This document shows, piece after piece, positions 27,684 to 36,789 of a stretch of DNA of 39,207 bases; position 1 is the first letter of the stretch; each line of letters starts with the position of its first letter. Both the position numbers and the translations under genes were made by a program. The notes under the pieces are model-generated. The model was not told where the DNA came from. It did no database searches and saw nothing but the letters and a program-made list of their open reading frames with translations. Source of the DNA: Promethearchaeota archaeon (GTDB lineage Archaea; Asgardarchaeota; Lokiarchaeia; Sigyniarchaeales; SOKP01); the NCBI GenBank assembly GCA_030599585.1, contig JAUVNS010000028.1:1-39207 (forward strand). The letters are read 5' to 3'.

Positions 27684-30383
27684 TTATAATTCCTTATTTT
27701 TTTCTTTAATTACGGCTTGTGCTGCTGAAATTCTCGCAACGGGTATCCTAAACGGTGAACAAGACACATAATTTAAACCAATTCTGTGAAAGAACTCCAC
27801 GCTTTTTGGCTCTCCACCATGCTCACCACATATTCCGATTTTTAAGTCGGGTCTCGTCTCCCTCCCCAATTTAACAGCTATTTTCATTAATTTTCCTACT
27901 CCATCTTGATCAAGTGTTTCAAACGGATTTCGCTCAAGAATTTCCTTATTCAAATAAACTGGAATGAACTTACCTTCAGCATCGTCTCGGCTGAAACCAA
28001 ATGTCATTTGTGTTAAATCGTTAGTTCCAAAGGAGAAAAATTCCGCTTCCATAGCAATCTCATCTGCGGTGAGAGCTGCCCTCGGAATTTCAATCATCGT
28101 TCCAAACTTGTACTTTAAATCCACACCGTATTCTTTTATTGTCTCTTCTGCTATTTCCATTAATTGTGTTTTTACGTACTGAAGTTCTGATATCATGCCA
28201 ATAAGGGGGATCATTACTTCGGGAAGAACATCAACGCCTTGCAGTTTGAGTTCACAAGCTGCTTGGAAAATAGCCCTAACTTGCATTTCGTTGATTTCTG
28301 GCCATACTATACCGAGACGGCAACCTCTAAGACCCATCATGGGATTTTCCTCCGATAAGGAGCGAATTAATTTAATAACTTTCTTCTTCGTTTTTATTTC
28401 TTTGTCAAGAGGGCTTGTTTCTAGTAGAGATTTAGATAGAGAATTTGTCATTTTCAATTCTTGATACTCTAATAAAACTGTAGACAATTCGGGTAAGAAC
28501 TCATGTAGAGGGGGATCAAGTAACCTAATCGTCACAGGTTTCCCTTCCATAATTTTAAAGATTTCTAAGAAATCTCCTTTTTGCATTGGTAAAATTTTAG
28601 CTAACGCGTCTTGACGATCTTCCATGGTTTGAGCCATTATCATCTTCTGAACAACAGGTAATCTCTCTTGTGCCATGAACATATGTTCCGTTCTCGTTAA
28701 TCCTATACCTTCGGCGCCGAATTCTAATGCTTTCTTAGCGTCGATAGGAGTATCTGCATTTGCTCGAACACCCATGGTTCGAACTTTGTCAGCCATTTCT
28801 AATAATTCTAAAAATTCACCCTTTATCTCGGGTTGTATTAATGGAACTATTCCTTCTATTACGCGTCCGGTTGTTCCATCAATTGTAATGTATTTACCTT
28901 CTTTAATAGTAGTTCCTGCCACTTTAAATTCTCTAGCTTCCTCGTCAATTTCAATATCTTGAGCTCCGACAATTGCTGGTTTACCCATTCCTCGTGCAAC
29001 AACGGCAGCATGAGATGTTTTTCCTCCAAATTGAGTCAAAACGCCACTTGATGCATACAAACCATGAACATCCTCAGGTTTAGTTTGAGGTCGTACTAAA
29101 ATTATCTCTTTTTCTTGAGAATTGGCCAACTCTTCAGCTCGATCAGAATCAAATATAGCAATCCCAGACACGGCACCGGGTGAAGCATTAATCCCTTTTG
29201 CTAAAACACGCACAATAGAATTCTCATCTATGCTTTTAAATAGAAGTTTCGATATTTTATTTGGATCGATACTCATAATTGCTTGTTCCCGAGTTATTAA
29301 ACCTTCTTTAACCATATCCACTGCGATTTTAACTGCTGCTGAAGGCGTGCGCTTTCCATTTCTAGTTTGTAGAATGTAAAGGACTCCATTTTCTATTGTG
29401 AACTCAATATCTTGCATATCTTTGTAGTGGTTTTCGAGTTTAACCATAGTTTGCTTCAAGTCTTCATAAATTTTGGGAAATTCTTTGGCGAGTTCTTCAA
29501 GTTTCTTAGGAGTTCGTATTCCTGCAACTACATCTTCGCCTTGAGCGTTAGTTAAATATTCCCCAAACTTTATATTCTCTCCATTCGAAGGATCTCGCGT
29601 AAATGCAACTCCTGTGGCGGAATTGTTTCCTTTATTTCCAAATACCATTGCTTGTACATTAACAGCCGTTCCTAAATTAGGGATATTAGAAATCTTTCGA
29701 TATGTTATTGCTCGCTTATTGTTCCAAGATTTAAATACCGCTTCTATTGATATAAATAGCTGTTTAAAAGGATCTTGAGGGAATGGTGAACCGATCTCTT
29801 TTTCGTATAAGGCTTTATAATCAGCGATTACTTTTTGTAAATCTTGGTCTTTTAGATCTGTATCTTGAGCAGTTCTAGAGATCGCACGCTTATATTTATC
29901 AAGGATTCTTTCAAATTTCTCATCACCGATCCCCATACAAACGTCACCAAACATTTGAATGAACCTTCTCCAGGAATCGTAAGCAAATCGCATATTTCCT
30001 GTCAGTTCTGCCATTCCTTTAATGGATTCATCGTTTAATCCTAGATTTAAAACTGTGTCCATCATGCCCGGCATTGACATTGGAGCCCCACTTCGTATAC
30101 TTAGCAATAATGGATTTTTCTTATCACCAAATATTTTTCCTGTAGCTTTTTCTAGACTTTTTAAATGTTCTAAAACAATGGGCTTAATTTGCGCCATTAT
30201 TTTTTCAGGATCTTTAAAATAAAGCAAGCAAGCAGCTGTGGTTATTGTAAAACCCGGAGGAATATTTAAACCCAAATGAGTCATTTCTCCAAGATTTGCG
30301 CCTTTGCCTCCAAGTAGGTTCTTTAACTCTTTTCTACCTTCGCTAAAATCGTAAACATACTTGGGTGTGTCAGTAGATGTCAT
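27684..30383 (-). CDS. ppdK: Pyruvate, phosphate dikinase
   Basis: LLGGKGANL, SIRSGA.MSMPGMMDT, NAQGEDVVAG, phospho-His GGKTSHAAVVAR, RLLDPPLHEF, SFGTNDLTQ, GICGEHGG. Confidence 0.98.
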   Translation of the reverse strand: MTSTDTPKYVYDFSEGRKELKNLLGGKGANLGEMTHLGLNIPPGFTITTAACLLYFKDPEKIMAQIKPIVLEHLKSLEKATGKIFGDKKNPLLLSIRSGAPMSMPGMMDTVLNLGLNDESIKGMAELTGNMRFAYDSWRRFIQMFGDVCMGIGDEKFERILDKYKRAISRTAQDTDLKDQDLQKVIADYKALYEKEIGSPFPQDPFKQLFISIEAVFKSWNNKRAITYRKISNIPNLGTAVNVQAMVFGNKGNNSATGVAFTRDPSNGENIKFGEYLTNAQGEDVVAGIRTPKKLEELAKEFPKIYEDLKQTMVKLENHYKDMQDIEFTIENGVLYILQTRNGKRTPSAAVKIAVDMVKEGLITREQAIMSIDPNKISKLLFKSIDENSIVRVLAKGINASPGAVSGIAIFDSDRAEELANSQEKEIILVRPQTKPEDVHGLYASSGVLTQFGGKTSHAAVVARGMGKPAIVGAQDIEIDEEAREFKVAGTTIKEGKYITIDGTTGRVIEGIVPLIQPEIKGEFLELLEMADKVRTMGVRANADTPIDAKKALEFGAEGIGLTRTEHMFMAQERLPVVQKMIMAQTMEDRQDALAKILPMQKGDFLEIFKIMEGKPVTIRLLDPPLHEFLPELSTVLLEYQELKMTNSLSKSLLETSPLDKEIKTKKKVIKLIRSLSEENPMMGLRGCRLGIVWPEINEMQVRAIFQAACELKLQGVDVLPEVMIPLIGMISELQYVKTQLMEIAEETIKEYGVDLKYKFGTMIEIPRAALTADEIAMEAEFFSFGTNDLTQMTFGFSRDDAEGKFIPVYLNKEILERNPFETLDQDGVGKLMKIAVKLGRETRPDLKIGICGEHGGEPKSVEFFHRIGLNYVSCSPFRIPVARISAAQAVIKEKNKEL

Positions 30384-30531
30384 TTTTCAATTCTCAATTT
30401 TGTATAATAGGTTAAATTTATTATTTACATCATTCCGCTTTTTCGTTGAATAATGATATTGTACTATAATTTCTCTTCTGAAATAAAATTATCTATATAA
30501 AAAGGTTTGGAGTTACACGGAAGGATATATA

Positions 30532-31335
30532 CTAATTGAAAATCTCCAAAATTTCCCAGATACCATTGATTATAAAATCAGGTTTTTCTGATTTGTTTTT
30601 ATTAATCATTTCTAAAGTTGTCTCTCCAGAAAGCACGCAACACGTTGTAACTCCAGCGTTTATTCCCATTTTTATGTCAGTATACAATCTATCACCAAAC
30701 ATTACTGCATCTTGAGGTTTTACTTCGATTTCGCTGAGTTTAAACAAGAGCATTTCTTTGTTTGGCTTTCCAAAAACAAGTGGCATTCGTTCCGTCGTTT
30801 TATATAAGAGGGCGGCGATACCTCCAGCATCAGGTATAAATCCATCCTCTGTAGGACATTTATCGTCTAAATGAGTGGCAATATACGGAAGCCCTTTTTG
30901 GAGCAAATATGATGCTTTTGCTAACCGATTATAGGTCAATTCTTGATCAAAAGCGAGAACTATAATTTCGGGATTACTTTCGCTTAAAGCGAACCCTTCC
31001 TCAATAAACTCTTCTTTAAGAGACTTATTTCCAAGTAAAAAAACAGTAGTGTAGTTATTTTTCTTTAGATAACTAATAGTAGGATGTTGAGAAAGTATTA
31101 AATTTTCACGGGTTGCATTCAAGGATAACTTATTTAATTTTTTAAGGTAATCAGAGGTTGATTTACTTGAATTGTTTGAAAGAAAAAAATAATGCTTTCC
31201 TTGTTCTTTAAGAGCTTTAATTGTTTCGATTACTCCTTCAAAAAGTTCATTTCCTAAATAAAGAGTCCCATCCAAATCAAAGAAGAATACTTTTTTTCTT
31301 CTTAATTCAGCGATATTTTTACTTATGGAGCTCAT
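30532..31335 (-). CDS. HAD-superfamily subfamily IIA hydrolase (NagD-like)
   Basis: FDLDGTLY, SNNSS, GKP, GDRLYTDI, VLSGET. Confidence 0.93.
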   Translation of the reverse strand: MSSISKNIAELRRKKVFFFDLDGTLYLGNELFEGVIETIKALKEQGKHYFFLSNNSSKSTSDYLKKLNKLSLNATRENLILSQHPTISYLKKNNYTTVFLLGNKSLKEEFIEEGFALSESNPEIIVLAFDQELTYNRLAKASYLLQKGLPYIATHLDDKCPTEDGFIPDAGGIAALLYKTTERMPLVFGKPNKEMLLFKLSEIEVKPQDAVMFGDRLYTDIKMGINAGVTTCCVLSGETTLEMINKNKSEKPDFIINGIWEILEIFN

Positions 31336-31418
31336 ATTATATACTCGAGAAAATTTAAAATAAATTTGACAAATAACTTAAAGTAGTAAGTTAAACGTTT
31401 TAAATAAATTAGATCTTT

Positions 31419-32105
31419 CTAAATCCGATAAGGAACTGTGCTTATTTTCTCTTCGCTTAATTTTAGCCAAGCTTTGTATTTAAAAGTATATTTACCCTTA
31501 ACTAATGGGTTATAGCCAGTTTCTTCTTCAAATAGAATTCGTTTTATCTCGGAATCTATTTGTTTACACCTCTTAATAGTGTGTCTCCTAGCACCTATTA
31601 TGCCAAGGATTATTATAGAAACAACTACAATCAAAATTATTAGAATTGTCTGCGTTAAGTTTGCGTACATGTTAATAAAAACAAACATTATAATGATTGG
31701 AATAACACTAAAATAACAATAGAGAAAGTAGTAGCTACGATCACCAATAAAAAATTGTGTTTTTACTATGTCCTGATTATTTTCGGTTATAGTAAGTATT
31801 AACCATTTACGATAACCGGTTGTAAACTTACTATTTCTAGATGCTTCTAAACCAAGTTCTTCGTAATACTTCTTTTGCTTTAACATTGTATCTGAAATGA
31901 TACAAATCTTTTTTTCTTTAAATTCTAAATAGAGAAATAAGGAGAAAACAAAGCTAATAAAAAAAATTAGATATATAACTGGAGGAATAACAAAACGATC
32001 CTCAAACATCACCATTACGAACCAAAAGATGAGTGTAATACAGATATAAGAGAAAAAATTTTTTAGTTTTGATTTAAAGTATAATCTTAAAAATAATCTA
32101 AGCAT
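31419..32105 (-). CDS. Hypothetical membrane protein (two TM hairpins)
   Basis: 228-aa ORF filling the intergenic gap, four hydrophobic segments, no recognisable family. Confidence 0.65.
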   Translation of the reverse strand: MLRLFLRLYFKSKLKNFFSYICITLIFWFVMVMFEDRFVIPPVIYLIFFISFVFSLFLYLEFKEKKICIISDTMLKQKKYYEELGLEASRNSKFTTGYRKWLILTITENNQDIVKTQFFIGDRSYYFLYCYFSVIPIIIMFVFINMYANLTQTILIILIVVVSIIILGIIGARRHTIKRCKQIDSEIKRILFEEETGYNPLVKGKYTFKYKAWLKLSEEKISTVPYRI

Positions 32106-32224
32106 TTTTTCCTATTTATTTTTCATATTGTTATTTTAAAGTAAGGAAAAAAAAGTAAAAATTTAAGATTTTTGGTTTTGGATCAAGATTTGGTTTTTTG
32201 ACTGCACTAAGATTTAGATTGTTA

Positions 32225-33703
32225 TTATGATTTTGCTCCTTCTATTTCTGTTCCGCACCATTTACAAAATTTATCGTCTTGTGTTAATTTACTTCGGCAA
32301 AATGAACAGGTTTTCGATTTTTTCGGAGTTATTATTGTTGATTCCTTAGTGCTCCTACCGTCAACTTTACCTCCACAGCTGGGGCAAAAGTGAGCGTCGG
32401 GTCTGAGTGAATTTCCGCAACGAATGCAGTTAGTATCTAATTTACTAGGTTTTTTTATAGCTGATTTACTAGGTTTTTTTATTGCTGATTTTGCGGGGGC
32501 TGCTTTTGACGATTTTTTTGGTTTTAATTTCTTCTGTCCTCTTCTGGCAAGTAGAGCAGCAACAATTACGATTCCAATAACCACTATAATAGTAATTAAT
32601 ATTGGACTAAGATCCATCCACCTATCAGTAGAACTAATTCCTGTATCGTAAGTCACATCAAAAGTAATAGTCGTGGTTTCTTCTGGAGATAGCATTGGAT
32701 CAAAAAAAACGAAGAAATACCACAGTCCATCATTCGGAACAGCAAAGTCATTTTCAAGGATTGAATCAACGCCTTCAATATAGAAATCAGTGACTGATAA
32801 GTCAATCACATCTTCAGCAGAGTAATCAAGTGTGAAATTGACCACGGCTGTAGACACTCCTTCGTTAAACCAAACAATGTAATAATCCTTCGCTGATAAC
32901 ACATTATATAATCCAGTATCTGATAATACATCATTTTTATCAACATCAAAAGAGGGACTAAAACCTTGATTCCAATCGTAAAATTCTTGACCGTCCGCTA
33001 TAAAAAAGTCAATTTGGCTTGATGCGTTAAAATCGTAGTTAATTGTTGATCCTGGTTTTAAATAATATTGTACATATTCATATTGGTTGTTTATAAGACT
33101 AAGCTGATCAGAATCACTTCCAACTTTCGAAGTAGTAGGTAAAGATTCAAAAGGGCGATCCCATATAGCAAAGCTTATTAAGCTCGGTGATGATTGTATG
33201 GAATATGTTATATCATTTCCAGCATTCATATCTTCATATTCGTACCAATATTCGTTAAAGTATAGGGTTTCCGTTGAGCGATAATTCACAGTACCATTTG
33301 CATCAGCATTGCTAAAAGGAAACCACATCGCTACTCCAAAAAGAGGCAATAGTATTAATCCTAGAACAATTGCTATCGTTACACCACCTCCAACATAGAC
33401 AGGTGAATAGTACCAAGGTCTATACCATCGTCCAGCCCAATATGGGTGATACCACCAGCGCATATACCATGGTCGATACCCATACCAGTAGTGTCTCCTG
33501 CGGGGTCTATAGTAAGAGTGACGGTACGGTCCGCTAGGTGATCTTGAGGTTACTCGTCTTGCCCCAGTTCTTCCAAAAGGTGTTCCTGAAGATCTTGAAC
33601 CTCCCATTCGAAATGCTGCTGAGCCTCCACGAAATCCTCCTCCTCGAAATCCACCACCACTAAAACCTCCGCCTCTAAAACCACCGCCACCACCACGAGG
33701 CAC
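32225..33703 (-). CDS. Two-TM membrane protein: N-terminal FRGG repeats and Arg/aromatic region, beta-sandwich ectodomain, C-terminal double zinc ribbon (GTG start)
   Basis: GTG at 33703 with GAGGTG (33720-33715) upstream; GGFRGG repeats; two TM helices; CIRC..CPSC and CSFC..CKWC zinc ribbons. Confidence 0.88.
   Translation of the reverse strand: MPRGGGGGFRGGGFSGGGFRGGGFRGGSAAFRMGGSRSSGTPFGRTGARRVTSRSPSGPYRHSYYRPRRRHYWYGYRPWYMRWWYHPYWAGRWYRPWYYSPVYVGGGVTIAIVLGLILLPLFGVAMWFPFSNADANGTVNYRSTETLYFNEYWYEYEDMNAGNDITYSIQSSPSLISFAIWDRPFESLPTTSKVGSDSDQLSLINNQYEYVQYYLKPGSTINYDFNASSQIDFFIADGQEFYDWNQGFSPSFDVDKNDVLSDTGLYNVLSAKDYYIVWFNEGVSTAVVNFTLDYSAEDVIDLSVTDFYIEGVDSILENDFAVPNDGLWYFFVFFDPMLSPEETTTITFDVTYDTGISSTDRWMDLSPILITIIVVIGIVIVAALLARRGQKKLKPKKSSKAAPAKSAIKKPSKSAIKKPSKLDTNCIRCGNSLRPDAHFCPSCGGKVDGRSTKESTIITPKKSKTCSFCRSKLTQDDKFCKWCGTEIEGAKS
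32440..32491. repeat. 24-bp tandem duplication encoding KSAIKKPS x2
   Basis: atttactaggtttttttatagctg followed by atttactaggtttttttattgctg (1 mismatch). Confidence 0.92.
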
Positions 33704-33705
33704 TT

Positions 33706-34713
33706 TTATCTTGGCACCTCATTTGTAGGTTCTTTTTGACGAAAGAAATAATCCCTATAAATTGCTGCTAGCACTAAAATCATCGATATTATTGAAAATG
33801 TCAATCCCACACCGTCAACGGTTATATTCGGAGTTGGAACGGCGATCGCAAATGCGACACCAAATAGAATCCAGTTAATAATTAAAAACACAACAAATAA
33901 AATAGGTAATAAAAATTGTACCAAAAATCCAGTTTCAATGTTGCGAACTTTAGAATAACTCGAGAATATTATTGAAAAAAGTGCAAGGATACCAAAAATA
34001 ACTACCAGAACACTAATAATAACAATTATTAACCAAATTATTCCGTTTGTATTAATTAGATTCACGAATGGAAATAGGAAATTAATGCCCCTTGCTTCAA
34101 ACAATCCAAAAAGGACAACTTCACCTTCAATTCCGGCCATCCCGAAAAAACTAAGCAAACCAGCGGGATTTCCTGAAAAGAAACCAAATATTCCAACAAG
34201 CGGGAAAATTACACCTAGAACAAATGCAATAATTGTACAACAAGTTGCGAACCAAAATTCCGCGGATCTGGTATTAGACACAGAAATTAAGCCTACATCG
34301 TCGAAATCTTCGTCAGGAATAAAACTCCAGCAATCTTGTATAGTGCAAACTCCAACCAACTTCCCATTTTCTACTACTGGTACGACATTGACGTTTAAAT
34401 CTCGCATTCTCGCAAAAGCTTCAGTCACAGGATCATCGAGAGAGACAGATTTAATCTTATACATTGTTGAAATTACTTTTTCAACTTTTGGATCGCTTCC
34501 TTTCGCTACAACGTTTTGAACTATATCAAAATCTGCTATAACTCCGAGAACTTTCTCAGATTTTTCAACTACAACTAAATCTGGCACTCCTAACTCTTTC
34601 ATTTTTTTTGCTGCATCTTGAATAGTCGCATTAGAATCGATTACACCGTATTCATCGTCAATAACCAAATCCTTAATAAAATATTCTTTTTTAGATAAGG
34701 CCATATTCATCAT
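33706..34713 (-). CDS. CBS-pair (Bateman) domain fused to a four-TM domain
   Basis: ATIQDAAKKM..LVVV..VLGVI..FDI and V.EAF..M..VPVVENGKLVGV.T..D, followed by four hydrophobic helices. Confidence 0.88.
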   Translation of the reverse strand: MMNMALSKKEYFIKDLVIDDEYGVIDSNATIQDAAKKMKELGVPDLVVVEKSEKVLGVIADFDIVQNVVAKGSDPKVEKVISTMYKIKSVSLDDPVTEAFARMRDLNVNVVPVVENGKLVGVCTIQDCWSFIPDEDFDDVGLISVSNTRSAEFWFATCCTIIAFVLGVIFPLVGIFGFFSGNPAGLLSFFGMAGIEGEVVLFGLFEARGINFLFPFVNLINTNGIIWLIIVIISVLVVIFGILALFSIIFSSYSKVRNIETGFLVQFLLPILFVVFLIINWILFGVAFAIAVPTPNITVDGVGLTFSIISMILVLAAIYRDYFFRQKEPTNEVPR

Positions 34714-34873
34714 TTTTTTAAATTAGATTTGTTATTTATAAAACAGATAAAACTAGCTATTAAAGGTAACTATAGTCCAATTATTAATTCTTCTCGTAAA
34801 ACTAAAAATTCTCTAAAGGAAATACATAAGAACTTTGATAAGATATAAGATTAAAAAAAAAGAGTAGCTTGAA

Positions 34874-35332
34874 TTAAAAAAATTCAGTCCCTTCTATTTT
34901 AGTGGTTGAAACGACTAGTTCCTGCGCAGCCTTCGTTGCTCGCATGACCTTTGCCATGTTACCCACGAGTTTAAATTTACCGGCCATTAATCCTTGGATA
35001 GGATCGAGTTCTTGTTTCAAAACCTTTACCCAATTATCGTATGTTCCTGAAAATACAAATTCTGCGCCGATTTTTTCTCCTTCTTTTAAAGGTCGTGGCT
35101 CAGAATTAGGGGGTAAAATTTCGTATTCTTCACTTTCCTTTAGGACTTTACTGCCTGTGCAGTCTCCTTTAAATAATCCAATAAACATTGTAATTTTATG
35201 ATCCAGATTGCCACTCGGTTCAATCTCGAATATGAAATCACCTGTCCACCAAGAAGCTGCCGCTTTATAATTGGCATTTTCGTTTAAAGCTTTAGTATAG
35301 GCTTCTGCCCATTCATTTGAAAATACTTTCAT
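34874..35332 (-). CDS. SCP2 sterol/lipid-binding domain protein
   Basis: FS.EW...LN.N..Y..AA..W, F..SG.Y.NW, LDPIQGLMAGKFKLVGNM. Confidence 0.88.
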   Translation of the reverse strand: MKVFSNEWAEAYTKALNENANYKAAASWWTGDFIFEIEPSGNLDHKITMFIGLFKGDCTGSKVLKESEEYEILPPNSEPRPLKEGEKIGAEFVFSGTYDNWVKVLKQELDPIQGLMAGKFKLVGNMAKVMRATKAAQELVVSTTKIEGTEFF

Positions 35333-35485
35333 ATCTCACACTCTCTATTTTATAATAAAATTAACATTTAATATGATTAGTATTACTTCTTTTTATTTGA
35401 AAGTAATTAAATCTAAAATGGAATGGTCTGATAAAAAATAGTTATGGATGGATGTTAATTAAGCCAAATTATAAAAAAAAGGGAG

Positions 35486-36640
35486 TTACACTCCTACGCC
35501 AATGGTATTTCCTATACCAGCAACTATAATCTTTGCTCCTTTCTTAGTACGCTTCCGAATCCCCATTTTAATATTTTCTACAATAGGATGTACGCTTTTG
35601 GTAATTGGTCGCGACATTGTGGTTATTGCATTTTCTAAAGATTGTCTACAGATAACAGCGTCAATTGGAATAGCTTTTTTGCTTGAAGATTCCTCGATAT
35701 AAAACTTTTCAACTCCAATTCCTCCAATAGCAGCACCTACTCCGATTGCAATTGACCCCGTTTTATCGCCAGAAAATTTAAGACCAGCATCGATCATTAT
35801 TATCCGAGATATGGAATCTCCATGTTCTTCAATTAGTTTTTTAATTGCGGTGCCTGGTTTTCCTACAGTTCCTCCAGGGCCCTTAGCTCGCACGACATAT
35901 ATTGTTCTATCTTCAAAGGTAACCTTTTGGTAGATAGTATCTTTTGCGATTTCAATAGCTTCAATGTCTTCGCTATTTGAGACGTCTCTTACAAAACTTC
36001 CGGCAACTAAAGGTCCAAGAGCGTCTCCAATTGGACTACCTTCAGAAAATGATTTTGTAGCGTGGAAGTACGATTTACCCATTGCTAAAATCATAGTCAT
36101 CTGCATGGAAATCTGCATTAGGATAATGTAGGATTTAGATTTCTTTCCTAGTATTAAGAAATGTTTGACTAAACGATAAACGTAATCAACGGCCATAGCA
36201 GCTTCAAGAACATTTTCTAAATTCTGAGCTTCTTTAGTTCCGGGCTCAACATTTGGGGCTAAACCTGCTATTTCATCTTTGAATCTTTCATCCCTTACAT
36301 CCATTATGTGGTCAAGTTTTGGGACTATACCATAAGGATCAAGGTCAACTGGTCTAATGGCTATGAAAGTCAAGAAATTTTCAATTTTAAGCATCAAATC
36401 TTTATCTGTTTCATTTTTGTCAGCGTATTTTCTAAAATTCGAAAGCAAAATCTGTTTGCACTCGTCATCCCATTTTTTGAGTTTTTCCAAACCAGATTCG
36501 ATCTCTCTTGCCGAGCGCCACGCCTGGAGTTTGGTACCATAAAACATTGAAACAAATATTAGACCAAACCATAACAAATTAAAAATTAATCCGAGAGGGT
36601 CTGTTTCCGTTTGGCCAAGCTGCATTATTTGTACAATCAT
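35486..36640 (-). CDS. DUF1512 family archaeal membrane-anchored protein
   Basis: N-terminal TM, P.DLDPYGIV.KL.H, PIGDALGPLVA, AKGPGGTVG.PG, IDAGLK..G..TG, G.G.AIGGIG.EK, GIGNTIGV. Confidence 0.85.
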   Translation of the reverse strand: MIVQIMQLGQTETDPLGLIFNLLWFGLIFVSMFYGTKLQAWRSAREIESGLEKLKKWDDECKQILLSNFRKYADKNETDKDLMLKIENFLTFIAIRPVDLDPYGIVPKLDHIMDVRDERFKDEIAGLAPNVEPGTKEAQNLENVLEAAMAVDYVYRLVKHFLILGKKSKSYIILMQISMQMTMILAMGKSYFHATKSFSEGSPIGDALGPLVAGSFVRDVSNSEDIEAIEIAKDTIYQKVTFEDRTIYVVRAKGPGGTVGKPGTAIKKLIEEHGDSISRIIMIDAGLKFSGDKTGSIAIGVGAAIGGIGVEKFYIEESSSKKAIPIDAVICRQSLENAITTMSRPITKSVHPIVENIKMGIRKRTKKGAKIIVAGIGNTIGVGV

Positions 36641-36789
36641 TTTTAGCTTTTCTCTGTTTTAAATATTATATATAATTGAAATATTAAATCTATTAAGTTT
36701 TCATAATAACAAAATTTAATTAATCTTATATTCTTTTCTATTATAGAGTAAAGTTTACAAGATATCAGTAAAAATATGGAAAGATACTC

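Noticed and set aside
27964-30222. Five short + strand ORFs inside ppdK
   Set aside because: Antisense shadows of a strongly conserved gene, with no motifs.
32160-32222. Short imperfect aagattt(tt)ggtttt repeats after the zinc-ribbon gene
   Set aside because: Too short and irregular for a CRISPR array or iterons, with no spacers or cas genes.
33590-33703. Locally GC-rich stretch as a possible structural RNA
   Set aside because: Fully explained by the Gly/Arg codons of the RGG tract.
34085-36550. + strand ORFs at 34085, 34902, 35502, 36308 and 36357
   Set aside because: They lie antisense to well-supported CBS, SCP2 and DUF1512 genes.
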